A DNA stretch of 64,000 nucleotides, taken from IMG/VR virus record IMGVR_UViG_3300042391_000634, positions 186,001 through 250,000 of that record. One strand, given 5' to 3'. The notes below the pieces were generated by a model. The model was given only the letters and a program-made list of their open reading frames with translations. It did not search any database and was not told the origin of the DNA. This document shows, in pieces, positions 30,984 through 40,157 of the stretch (its first letter is position 1; each line of letters opens with the position of its first letter). A program made the position numbers and the translations under genes.

Positions 30984-31560
30984 CGTCAATTTAAATTTAG
31001 TTCGTAAGAAGTCTAAAAAAACACAAATATTTTTATACGATACTCAACGAAGATTAGACGATTTTATTAATAAAATCAAATATCGTAAGAATGGTTATTA
31101 TGATGATATTCCACATTACGTGGTATCTAAATTAGGAATGGTTTATCAATTATTTGATACTAACCATAGTTCAAATACATTTAATAACCCTAATATAGAT
31201 AAAAAACAGATTAAAATTGCAATTGAGAACTTAGGATGGTTAAATAAGAATACCATCACTGGTGTCCTTAATAATTGGATTGGCGACCCATACAGAGGAG
31301 AACCACATATCCGTAATTGGAGGAATCATTACTTTTGGGATACATACTCAGATACCCAAATAAAGTCTCTTTATGAGTTGTGTAATGAATTATGTGATAA
31401 ACATAAAATAACCAAACAAATAGTCCCATCTCATGGATACTTTGAAAATGCCTCAAATTTCATGGGAATAGTATGTAAATCCAATTTTTCAAGTATTTAT
31501 ACAGATATAAACCCTTCCTTTAACTTTGGGGTTTTTTTTAACGATGCAAAAGAAAATTAA
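30952..31560 (+). CDS. N-acetylmuramoyl-L-alanine amidase-like (Amidase_2/PGRP fold)
   Basis: PHYVVSKLGMVYQL, IKIAIENLG, YSDTQIKSLYELC and DINP; some Zn ligands appear substituted. Confidence 0.65.
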   Translation: MLVQDVEILDNVNLNLVRKKSKKTQIFLYDTQRRLDDFINKIKYRKNGYYDDIPHYVVSKLGMVYQLFDTNHSSNTFNNPNIDKKQIKIAIENLGWLNKNTITGVLNNWIGDPYRGEPHIRNWRNHYFWDTYSDTQIKSLYELCNELCDKHKITKQIVPSHGYFENASNFMGIVCKSNFSSIYTDINPSFNFGVFFNDAKEN

Positions 31561-32068
31561 AAACGATTACGATGTAACAAGAAACATGTTAAAGACCATC
31601 AGGACTATAACACAATCTAAAACATCAATGGGAACATTAAATGAGGCAGTTGGTTTTCAATCACCTGAGGTAGATAATGCTGAAGATAATCTTAAAAATG
31701 ACATTATTGTAATTAACGATGTTGAGGTTAAATTAAATTCACCTGATGAAGCTGACATGACATTACAAGATAGTCAAAAAACAGCCATATCTCAATTGAT
31801 TGATAATTTTAAACAACAAGTTTCTCAAATTACTGATTTCAATCCTGGTATTACAATGACACAGGATCAAGTTAGATTAGATGGGACATTGACAGACCAA
31901 GATATTAGTTTTGTATTTATTGCAGGTAAAGATGCTGGTGTTTATATTAATGCGGATATGTTAAAATTAGAACAAGAAGTTGCTAACGAATTGGAAAAAT
32001 TAGCTAAGTTTCAAGAAACGTTTGAAACTGCAATGAATCCATTAATACAAGAGAGAAAAACTAACTAA
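31544..32068 (+). CDS. Hypothetical late protein
   Basis: Likely start ATG 31544; TATTTATA at 31494. Confidence 0.5.
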   Translation: MQKKIKNDYDVTRNMLKTIRTITQSKTSMGTLNEAVGFQSPEVDNAEDNLKNDIIVINDVEVKLNSPDEADMTLQDSQKTAISQLIDNFKQQVSQITDFNPGITMTQDQVRLDGTLTDQDISFVFIAGKDAGVYINADMLKLEQEVANELEKLAKFQETFETAMNPLIQERKTN

Positions 32069-32071
32069 TAA

Positions 32072-32311
32072 ATGGCACTAACAGATCAAGACAAGAGAGA
32101 GATTGAGAATATCACAAGAAAAGAAATTAAAGATTTTATGGACACAACACAAGCCCATAAGATTGTTGTGAAGATGATTCAAGACGAGTTAGGAACAAAA
32201 AAGATAGATGATAAAATAGTTGATTTATCAACTAAAGTAGTGGTTGAATTATTCAAGACCCTATGGCAGAGAAAATCATTTTGGGAAAGTTCTTTAAAAT
32301 CTGTTAAATAA
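32072..32311 (+). CDS. Hypothetical protein
   Basis: 79 aa helical ORF coupled to the next gene. Confidence 0.55.
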   Translation: MALTDQDKREIENITRKEIKDFMDTTQAHKIVVKMIQDELGTKKIDDKIVDLSTKVVVELFKTLWQRKSFWESSLKSVK

Positions 32312-33150
32312 TGAAGTATTCTAAACCAAACTTTGAACATGAGTGGAGTGAGGCTCTTCGTTACCGTGAATTTGAAAAGATGGGTAAGGATAAGTGGTTA
32401 GAGAAAGCATCAAAAGATTTTGAAATTTCTAATTTTAATTCAATTAAAGAAATGTTGAATAATGTGGATTTAGATTATGATACACTTGAGGATGAAAAGA
32501 AGAAAAGATTTGAAAAGCATTTTAAAGAAGGTGAAGTTGAAATACCTATGGTAGTTAAATTTGGTGAGAAAGATTATGACCTTTTAGGTGGTAATACAAG
32601 ACTTGCTGGTTTAATTGGTAAAGGTATTAACCCCAAATTGTGGGTTGTGGATATGACAAAAAAGAAATCGGAAGTTAAAGAAACTGGAGCAGACTCTTCA
32701 GGGTCATTTAGTGGACCATTAATGAAAGGAGATTCCAATGTAATTAAAAGACCAATATCTAAAATACCCAATTTTGAACCAAAAGAAGAATTATCTGAAG
32801 AAGGTATAATATCAACGGGAGAATTTGATGTCCCATTTTTAGGTAAATCAACCTCTGGTGGTCGTAAAGACCCATTAAAGATTGACGGACCTGATAGTAT
32901 CTACAAAGGTAGAGCGGTTAAGGATAAGAATTTCCCTAAATGGGGAGGACCGGATAGTGTTTTTGTTAAGGTTAAAGAGAAATGTAAAAAGTTTCCATAT
33001 TGTAATCAAGGTAATACGGGAGCAATTGAATTTGTCCATGAAGACAAAGAATTACAAAAAGTAATAATAGAAATCTCAAAAAAATACGGAATACCACATC
33101 AAGAGGTGGAAAATATAGTATTAAATGAGATTAAAGATATATTTATATAG
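32311..33150 (+). CDS. Protein with ParB/Srx-like N-terminal domain
   Basis: IPMVVK...YDLLGGNTRLAGL resembles the ParB-N GxxR motif; C-terminal KCKKFPYCNQG. Confidence 0.5.
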   Translation: MKYSKPNFEHEWSEALRYREFEKMGKDKWLEKASKDFEISNFNSIKEMLNNVDLDYDTLEDEKKKRFEKHFKEGEVEIPMVVKFGEKDYDLLGGNTRLAGLIGKGINPKLWVVDMTKKKSEVKETGADSSGSFSGPLMKGDSNVIKRPISKIPNFEPKEELSEEGIISTGEFDVPFLGKSTSGGRKDPLKIDGPDSIYKGRAVKDKNFPKWGGPDSVFVKVKEKCKKFPYCNQGNTGAIEFVHEDKELQKVIIEISKKYGIPHQEVENIVLNEIKDIFI

Positions 33151-33152
33151 AT

Positions 33153-34397
33153 ATGAAAGTAAGTGAATTAAAACAAATCGTTGAAAACATCGTCTTAGAC
33201 GAGGTTAGAAAGACAATTATGGAAGAATCAAATAGTAAAAAAGAGGTATACCATATTAAATGTGAAGGTATTCCTTTAGCCACTTTTGAATCTGAACAAG
33301 AAGCTAATGACGCTTTACCTGATTATAAAGATAAACATAAAGATGGTGAGTTAATCATTGAAAAAGGAGTTTATGAAAATCATAATGATATGATGGATAA
33401 ACTTGATGAGATGAATGACCAATTAGAAGAAACAAACGACATGGAAAATACAGAAATGCAACCGGAAGAAGGAAATGCGTTTGGTGGAGCATTAGCTGCC
33501 GCTAAATTAAAAGGTGATAAAGAATTTAAAGTTGGTGATAAAGAATATGACGTAAAAGAGGAAGAAGACTGTGAAGAGTGTGGTGGTTCTTATATGGAAG
33601 AAGAGGAAGAAGGTGGAGATGATTTTGAAGAAATGTTAAGAGGTAGAAGAAAAAAACATAGTTATGTTGATAATGGTGAAGAGACACCTGATGAAATGGG
33701 TGAAGAAAAGAAATGTTGTGAAAAATGTGGCAAAGAACTGTGTGAGTGTGGTGGAATGTATGAATCAAAAAAGAAAACATTACGTTTAAAAGAATCTGAA
33801 TTGGCTAATTTAATAGTTAAAATGGTTAATGAATCGGTACCTGGGTTAGATGCCGCTAAGAAAGCACATACTGAAAGTGGTAAAGAAAACAAAGCTAATT
33901 TAGCTGCAGTAGAAAAGAAAATTGCTGGATTGTTAAAATTTGATGGTAACGATAATCCTGAATTTCCAAAAGCAATTGGTAAAGGTGAAAAAGTTGCAAG
34001 AAAAAATACACCAAACCAAGAAGATGAAATTAAGAAAAACTTTGCAGGGTTAGAAAATTTAGATTACGACGTTGAACCAGATGAGAAATTTAAGAAAAGA
34101 TTAAAAATGGCAATTGAAGGTGACGTTACAATGGGTAATGCACCAACAACTGAACCAGCTAAAATTAAACCAAGTAACGGAGCAGATAAAGGGGAAGATT
34201 CTAAAGATAAAGATGGTAATAGTATCCCAACACCTGAGACCGCTAAAGGAATTCAAAAGCAAGTTAAAGATAGACAAAAGGATAAGGATAATAGAGAGTT
34301 ATATAATATACGATCTGATGTTAAAACAGCAAAATCTATCAACGAAGAAGTTGAAAAGATGAAGAAAATGTTTAAATACAACGAAAAAACTCAATAA
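33153..34397 (+). CDS. Acidic, probable internal head/scaffold protein
   Basis: TATTTATA at 33140; LKESEL..LI.KMVNE and SINEEVEKMK motifs; CEECGG/CEKCG/CECG clusters. Confidence 0.45.
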   Translation: MKVSELKQIVENIVLDEVRKTIMEESNSKKEVYHIKCEGIPLATFESEQEANDALPDYKDKHKDGELIIEKGVYENHNDMMDKLDEMNDQLEETNDMENTEMQPEEGNAFGGALAAAKLKGDKEFKVGDKEYDVKEEEDCEECGGSYMEEEEEGGDDFEEMLRGRRKKHSYVDNGEETPDEMGEEKKCCEKCGKELCECGGMYESKKKTLRLKESELANLIVKMVNESVPGLDAAKKAHTESGKENKANLAAVEKKIAGLLKFDGNDNPEFPKAIGKGEKVARKNTPNQEDEIKKNFAGLENLDYDVEPDEKFKKRLKMAIEGDVTMGNAPTTEPAKIKPSNGADKGEDSKDKDGNSIPTPETAKGIQKQVKDRQKDKDNRELYNIRSDVKTAKSINEEVEKMKKMFKYNEKTQ

Positions 34398-34424
34398 TAT
34401 ATTCTTTTTCTTTTCATTAATCTT

Positions 34425-34432
34425 TATATTTG
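34425..34432 (+). promoter_or_regulatory. Bacteroidota-type -7 promoter element TATATTTG
   Basis: TAnnTTTG match 15 nt before ATG 34448. Confidence 0.45.
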
Positions 34433-34447
34433 TTATATAATTGTTTT

Positions 34448-34903
34448 ATGGAAAATAAAGAAAGTTATTTAGAGTTCGTTTCATCCGAAAATTACAAACA
34501 ACAAATTGACGTTTGGTATCGAGCATATAATATCAGTAGAGAGAAGACTGAATTATTTTACGATTTTTTAGTTTCCCTATATAATTTAATCGACGAAACT
34601 TATTTAGGACCCGATGCGGTTAAAACAACCGACGACCAAATGAAACACTTTACTTGGTGTTGGGATAGAACTATAGACAGTTTTAATAAAGAAAAGATAT
34701 TCTTCAAAGATAGAGGTAATGCATATGAATATCTATGGAATTTTTATTTAGAAGCTTATTATTACCCCAAAAATATTGAAACTATAATAAGAATACCAGA
34801 ATACTTTTATATTCTTTTTGACTTTGTTCATAAGAAAACCAGATCTGAACTGGATATGTTAACGGAATTATACAAATTGTTAGAACAAAACTTGAAAAAG
34901 TAA
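34448..34903 (+). CDS. Hypothetical protein
   Basis: Likely ATG start (MENKES); aromatic-rich helical ORF. Confidence 0.55.
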   Translation: MENKESYLEFVSSENYKQQIDVWYRAYNISREKTELFYDFLVSLYNLIDETYLGPDAVKTTDDQMKHFTWCWDRTIDSFNKEKIFFKDRGNAYEYLWNFYLEAYYYPKNIETIIRIPEYFYILFDFVHKKTRSELDMLTELYKLLEQNLKK

Positions 34904-34942
34904 AATTTTTTCCATATATTGATATTAAAATCGTAATAAAAT

Positions 34943-35137
34943 ATGGAAACCTTAAAAAAAATAGACGAACTTTTCATGAACATGAAAGTTGACACGGAAA
35001 AGGTTTATTTAAAGGGCAATAGAAGTGCTTCAATTAGAGCAAGAAAATACGCCCAAGAAATAAAACAATTAATTGGAATCTACAGAAAAGAGATTCTTGA
35101 TGAAATGAAAAAACACGATGTAAATGTTACAAGTTAA
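34943..35137 (+). CDS. Histone H1-like Hc1 family protein
   Basis: KGNRSASIRARK..QEIK matches the Hc1 GNKAAxxRARK motif. Confidence 0.7.
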   Translation: METLKKIDELFMNMKVDTEKVYLKGNRSASIRARKYAQEIKQLIGIYRKEILDEMKKHDVNVTS

Positions 35138-35300
35138 ACTTTTTTTCTTTGTCTTAAGTATAATATATATCTTAAGATTTTTAGTGGAATTGGTAATTAG
35201 AATTACTCAAGATAACGCTGACCCTATTTCATTAACAAAATATGAACAATACTTTCATTATGTTGCATTGTCATATATAATAACTTACATTTTAATTTAA
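35124..35300 (+). CDS. Small two-TM membrane protein (not in the ORF track)
   Basis: MLQVKLFFFVLSIIYILRFLVELV...YVALSYIITYILI, 58 aa, fills the gap exactly. Confidence 0.5.
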   Translation: MLQVKLFFFVLSIIYILRFLVELVIRITQDNADPISLTKYEQYFHYVALSYIITYILI

Positions 35301-35304
35301 TATC

Positions 35305-35760
35305 GTGTTTGAATCAATAAAATCATTAAGACCTCATTTTCATTCTTTAAGAGAGGTACAGAATAACGTTAGTTTAGATATTAAAATTCCATTGAATTGG
35401 AAATACGAAGATATTGCAAAACCATATCGAACTATAACTCTTAAAGTACAAGATAAAAATGATAAATTTAATTTAATCTCATTTATATCACAAGCAACAC
35501 AAGAAGGTTATGATGTTGTTTTTGCGTGTGCAGATGAAATATTTAAATTCAATAAAGAAGAAGAAGAGAAACAAAAGTTATTTCACCAAAAAGTAAAAGA
35601 ATTACAAGAATTATTTAAAACAGAAACTTTAGATAAATTAAAAGAGATAAATCTAATTGATAATTATGGACAAGAAATTACAACAGGGATTGAATTGGTT
35701 GGACAAGGAGATGAAGAAGGACCAGAAGGAAGTGGAGATACAGAAACTGAGGATGATTGA
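35305..35760 (+). CDS. Hypothetical protein
   Basis: 151 aa ORF, GTG start. Confidence 0.55.
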   Translation: MFESIKSLRPHFHSLREVQNNVSLDIKIPLNWKYEDIAKPYRTITLKVQDKNDKFNLISFISQATQEGYDVVFACADEIFKFNKEEEEKQKLFHQKVKELQELFKTETLDKLKEINLIDNYGQEITTGIELVGQGDEEGPEGSGDTETEDD

Positions 35761-35863
35761 AGAAGTAAAAAAAATTAATAAGGACGAGTTGTTTAAACCA
35801 AAAAAGAAAGTATCTATAGTAGATAAATTATTAAAGATATTAGGTTATGGAAAAAAAAGGTGA
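35666..35863 (+). CDS. Small basic hypothetical protein
   Basis: ATG 35666 (MDKKLQ); overlaps the previous gene by 95 nt and is coupled to the next. Confidence 0.45.
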   Translation: MDKKLQQGLNWLDKEMKKDQKEVEIQKLRMIEEVKKINKDELFKPKKKVSIVDKLLKILGYGKKR

Positions 35864-36080
35864 GTTATTAAATCAATTGGCAATCGTAAGTGACTTATTA
35901 GAAAAGTTAAATACAAATATTGAATCAAAAACAATAGTCCTTAACTTAAAAGAGGAAGAATTTTTAAAGTCATTTAACAACATTCAAAAAAAATACGGGA
36001 GATTAATTGAAAAACCAGAGGAGACCTTCACAATTAAAATAGGTGAGGTAGATATTATTTTTAATATGAGTAATGTCTAA
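35847..36080 (+). CDS. Hypothetical protein
   Basis: 77 aa ORF in the operon. Confidence 0.5.
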   Translation: MEKKGELLNQLAIVSDLLEKLNTNIESKTIVLNLKEEEFLKSFNNIQKKYGRLIEKPEETFTIKIGEVDIIFNMSNV

Positions 36081-36699
36081 ATAACTCACGTCTATTAAAA
36101 CCTTTAGATTCTAACAAATTATATAATTGTTTTCTTTGATAGGTGGTAATGTCTTTGACGAACATAAAGTTCGTCTTTTTCTTTTTAAGGAGGTCTTGTT
36201 TTAGTATTTCAAACAATCTATCCGCATCATTAAGATTTTTATTACCATACATTTTAACATCGTTCTCAATTTGAACAAATAAATTTTTATTTAATGTGAA
36301 TATTTGAGTAATTTCAGTTATCGGTGCAATTTTATCCATCATTTCATGATATCTAATTCTTTTCTTTGTTTGGAAATCGTATATTAATTCCTCTTGCCAA
36401 TATGGTAAGATTTCTTTTATACGGAACTTATCATCTTCAATTGAGGCTTCTATATTTCTACCCAAACTATCTTTAACATATGTTGATGTTGCCCAACGGT
36501 TATTTGGGAATATTAAAGCAATCTCATATACTAATTCTTGTTTGCGTTTACTACCCTGAATTTTAAGAAACGGAGGAACACGTTGAGTTTTATATTCTCT
36601 CCAATATTCATATACGGTGGTCCTCTTCATACAATGGTATAAAACTTTTATTCTTTTTTTATTACAAAAAAGAACTATAAAGTATTTTCCTTTTTTCAT
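36061..36699 (-). CDS. Basic hypothetical protein
   Basis: 212 aa ORF with no competing + strand ORF. Confidence 0.6.
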   Translation of the reverse strand: MKKGKYFIVLFCNKKRIKVLYHCMKRTTVYEYWREYKTQRVPPFLKIQGSKRKQELVYEIALIFPNNRWATSTYVKDSLGRNIEASIEDDKFRIKEILPYWQEELIYDFQTKKRIRYHEMMDKIAPITEITQIFTLNKNLFVQIENDVKMYGNKNLNDADRLFEILKQDLLKKKKTNFMFVKDITTYQRKQLYNLLESKGFNRRELFRHYSY

Positions 36700-36845
36700 A
36701 ATAATTTAGTTATAAGGGTATATAAACCATATCCACCTAATAAAAACCAAATAATAGTGAAAATAACGATGCCGGTTGATACAAACTTAGTCGTTTTTAT
36801 AACCTCATCTCTTAAATTTTTTTTCTTACATGTACTACAAGCCAT
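36696..36845 (-). CDS. Small CxxC + TM protein (not in the ORF track)
   Basis: MACSTCKKKNLRDEVIKTTKFVSTGIVIFTIIWFLLGGYGLYTLITKLL, 49 aa; ATGA overlap with the 36699 start. Confidence 0.55.
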   Translation of the reverse strand: MACSTCKKKNLRDEVIKTTKFVSTGIVIFTIIWFLLGGYGLYTLITKLL

Positions 36846-36917
36846 AATAAAATATATACTATTAATTTCTTTTTATCAAATATTTTGGTTATATTTTTTG
36901 ATATAAACAAATGATTA

Positions 36918-37889
36918 ATGATTAGTTACATCGGAGGTAAGGCACGTATTGGTAAATGGATAGTTCCACATATTCCCACAGATATTGAAACATATGTTGA
37001 AGGATTTTCAGGTATGTTTTGGGTGTTTTTTAATATGGACCTTAGTAAGTTCCCTAATTTAAAAACAGTCGTTTATAATGACTTTAATCGTCTTAACGCA
37101 AATTTAATGAAATGGGCGAAACAATATGACGTTCTACACCAAGCATTATCCACGTACCCGTGTCAAACATTAAAGGTTGAAGATACACCACCTGAATATG
37201 AACAAATGTTTAATCAATATCAAAAAGAAGTTTTTGACCCTAAATTAGTTATAACAGAAGAGAATAGTTTAGAAATAACATGTAAGTATGTTTATGTATT
37301 GACACAAGTATTCTCAGGTTCTAAACCAGAAACATCTTCATATACAGATTATAAAGGTGTTTATCGTTGTAAGGTTCTTATTTTTATGGATAAATTAAAG
37401 AATCCAAAATATAGAGAACATATTGATAGAATTACATTTGTTGAGAATAAAGATTTTTGTGATGTTGTAAAACAATATGATTCACCAACAACATATTTCT
37501 ATATGGACCCTCCATATTGGAAAACTGAAAATTATTATTCAAATCATGATTTTGATGTTAACGATCATATTAGGTTATCGGAATGTATGAAAGGTATTGA
37601 AGGTAAATTTAGTTTATCATACTACGACTTTCCTAAATTAGTTGAATGGTTTCCAAAAGACCAATTTGAATGGAGAACAGAGAATTTTAAGAAAGCGGCG
37701 GCAGCTAAGAAAGACGGAACACAAAATGAAGGAACGGAATTGTTAATTATGAATTACAAGGCACCACATGTTGAAGGAAAAATTGAAAAGGCTGTAAGGT
37801 TGGCTAAAGAAAAAGAAGAAAGAGAAAAGAAACAAAAATTAAAGAAAGAAGAAAAAGAATTAAATAATAAAATAAAGGATATAAAATAA
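36918..37889 (+). CDS. Dam-like (D12 class) N6-adenine DNA methyltransferase
   Basis: YIGGK, YVEGFSG, VYNDFN, YMDPPY and ELLIMNY. Confidence 0.85.
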   Translation: MISYIGGKARIGKWIVPHIPTDIETYVEGFSGMFWVFFNMDLSKFPNLKTVVYNDFNRLNANLMKWAKQYDVLHQALSTYPCQTLKVEDTPPEYEQMFNQYQKEVFDPKLVITEENSLEITCKYVYVLTQVFSGSKPETSSYTDYKGVYRCKVLIFMDKLKNPKYREHIDRITFVENKDFCDVVKQYDSPTTYFYMDPPYWKTENYYSNHDFDVNDHIRLSECMKGIEGKFSLSYYDFPKLVEWFPKDQFEWRTENFKKAAAAKKDGTQNEGTELLIMNYKAPHVEGKIEKAVRLAKEKEEREKKQKLKKEEKELNNKIKDIK

Positions 37890-37894
37890 AAAAC

Positions 37895-38419
37895 ATGAGC
37901 ACAGCATGGTACGTGGTAAAAGTTTTACCAGGAAAAGAAAGATCATTAACTGAACAATTTAATAAAGACATTGGATTAGGTAGAATTTCAAATATTATAA
38001 GATTTATATGCCCAACCGAAAAAGAGTTTGTCGTGGTAAAAAATAAAAAGGCTTTCAGAGAAAAAGTTCTTTATAGTGGGTATCTATATTTTGAATCTTC
38101 AAATCAATTAGGACAAGACGATTTGAAGATAATTTCATTACTACCAAATATTATGGGAATGATAGGTGATAAGATGCCAATGTTATTAAAAGATACCGAT
38201 GTTAGACGTATATTAAAAGATGACACATTGGAAGAACACATTGAAAGTAAAAAATTGAAATTTGATATCGGAGAACCAATTATAGTATCGGAAGGACCGT
38301 TTGAAGGTTTTAATGGTATTATTAAAGAAATTAAAATTGACCGTGTTGATATTGAAATAAAAATATTTGGAAGAAATACGGCTGTTTCATTAACTTTGGA
38401 ACAAATACGAAAGCCTTAA
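37895..38419 (+). CDS. nusG: NusG transcription elongation/antitermination factor
   Basis: WYVVKVLPGKE NGN domain, LYSGYLY, and KOW motif GPFEGFNGII...IFGRNTAVSL. Confidence 0.88.
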   Translation: MSTAWYVVKVLPGKERSLTEQFNKDIGLGRISNIIRFICPTEKEFVVVKNKKAFREKVLYSGYLYFESSNQLGQDDLKIISLLPNIMGMIGDKMPMLLKDTDVRRILKDDTLEEHIESKKLKFDIGEPIIVSEGPFEGFNGIIKEIKIDRVDIEIKIFGRNTAVSLTLEQIRKP

Positions 38420-38748
38420 TGGATAAAATATCACCTGAAGTTTTAATATACATACAATCTGTTAAAAATTATTTTGAATCAAATATAGAAGTTAAAGAAT
38501 ATTTTCTTAATAACTCCGACGAAGAATTGTTTTATAAACATATGATTGAGATTGCACAAAAAAATTATACTAAAAATGGGGATGCAATTTTAAACAGAGA
38601 ACAATTTGAATTATTAAGAAAGACTATCTCAGCCATATCAATTATAAAAAATAAAAAATTTAAAATTAAAAACGAAGATTTTGATTACGATAATGGGGTG
38701 TTCATAGAAACTCCCTTTCCAAATTTCGGTATGATATGTCTTAATTAA
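38419..38748 (+). CDS. Hypothetical protein
   Basis: 109 aa ORF coupled to nusG. Confidence 0.5.
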   Translation: MDKISPEVLIYIQSVKNYFESNIEVKEYFLNNSDEELFYKHMIEIAQKNYTKNGDAILNREQFELLRKTISAISIIKNKKFKIKNEDFDYDNGVFIETPFPNFGMICLN

Positions 38749-38756
38749 AAAAATAT

Positions 38757-39839
38757 ATGAATAAAAATTTACCAAAAGATTATCCACTATACGATGCTGT
38801 TTATGGTAGTGATATCCCAACAGAACAATACTACGTTGTTAAATTTGATAAACTACCATCTAAGTATGTTGATAGTAGTATTAATTATGAACCATCCGTT
38901 ACTGAAGAACTTTTAAAAAATGGATTTAAGGAGATAAAAAGGGTTATGGTTTATAACAAAAGACACAACTCATCAACACAGTCTTTATACATTAACGATA
39001 CTGCAGAAATCTTTATTAGAACATTCAAAAATAACGATGGTATAAAAGACCCTAAAGATACACTTATCCAAATGGAATTTTGTTATGATGTAGTTAAGGG
39101 TGATATTAACGACCAATTAGATTTTAACGTATTTAAAAATTACGAAAGAATAAAAAAGAAAGCTAATATCCAACTTGTTAAAAATGATATGGGTCATTTG
39201 GATACGGAGGAATATGATTTATATGTTCCACCTACCGATTTGGAATTGAATTACGGAGAGGAGTTTATTAAAATACACGATGTAATTGTTGAAAGGTTAA
39301 ATTCTAAAAACGATAAAGGAATTATTCTATTACATGGGGACCCTGGAACTGGTAAGACATCTTATATTAAACATTTAACCAGTTTAGTAAAAGAAAAAGA
39401 TATTTTATTTATTCCACCATCAATGGCAGAAATGTTATCCGAACCATCAATTATTCCTTTTTTAATGGATAATAAGAATTCAATTTTAATTATTGAAGAT
39501 GCGGAAAGAGTTATTTCAGACAGAGAAGGTAATGGATCACCAGCTGGAGTATCGAATCTCCTTAATCTTACTGACGGTATTTTAGGAGATTGTTTAAATA
39601 TTCAAGTTATTGCAACCTTTAATATGAAAAGAGAAAAGATAGACCAAGCTCTCCTTCGTAAAGGTCGATTGATTGCCGAACATAAATTTGAAAAACTTTC
39701 AGTTGATAATACAAATAAATTATTAAAACATTTAGAAAAAAATCAAATAGTTGAGGAAGGTATGGTTTTAGCTGATATTTATAACATAGACACAGAAGTC
39801 TATAAAACATCCCCAAAAGGAAATAAAATAGGATTTTAA
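38757..39839 (+). CDS. AAA+ ATPase
   Basis: Walker A GDPGTGKTS, Walker B IIEDAE, LLNLTDG and arginine finger ALLRKGR. Confidence 0.85.
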   Translation: MNKNLPKDYPLYDAVYGSDIPTEQYYVVKFDKLPSKYVDSSINYEPSVTEELLKNGFKEIKRVMVYNKRHNSSTQSLYINDTAEIFIRTFKNNDGIKDPKDTLIQMEFCYDVVKGDINDQLDFNVFKNYERIKKKANIQLVKNDMGHLDTEEYDLYVPPTDLELNYGEEFIKIHDVIVERLNSKNDKGIILLHGDPGTGKTSYIKHLTSLVKEKDILFIPPSMAEMLSEPSIIPFLMDNKNSILIIEDAERVISDREGNGSPAGVSNLLNLTDGILGDCLNIQVIATFNMKREKIDQALLRKGRLIAEHKFEKLSVDNTNKLLKHLEKNQIVEEGMVLADIYNIDTEVYKTSPKGNKIGF

Positions 39840-39848
39840 AATTAACAA

Positions 39849-40157
39849 ATGGAATACGTATCATCAGCACAAGTTGCACAACTACAATCAGAAGGAAAAA
39901 AAATATTAATACAATACATCGCGTCATGGTGTGGACAACCATGTGAATCATTAACACCAAGATTATCTAACTTGTCTAACCAATATTCAGATGTTACATT
40001 TGTTAGTGTAGATTTAGAACAAAATCCAAATGTTGTTTCAGAATTGGAAATTGATATTGTCCCAACTGTAATGATATATGATGGACAAACATTAATTAAT
40101 CGTTCCGTTGGTGCAAATAAGGACGGTGTTTATGTTGAAATATTAGATAATTTGTAA
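39849..40157 (+). CDS. Thioredoxin-like protein
   Basis: ASWCGQPC, VPT cis-Pro motif and RSVGA. Confidence 0.8.
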   Translation: MEYVSSAQVAQLQSEGKKILIQYIASWCGQPCESLTPRLSNLSNQYSDVTFVSVDLEQNPNVVSELEIDIVPTVMIYDGQTLINRSVGANKDGVYVEILDNL

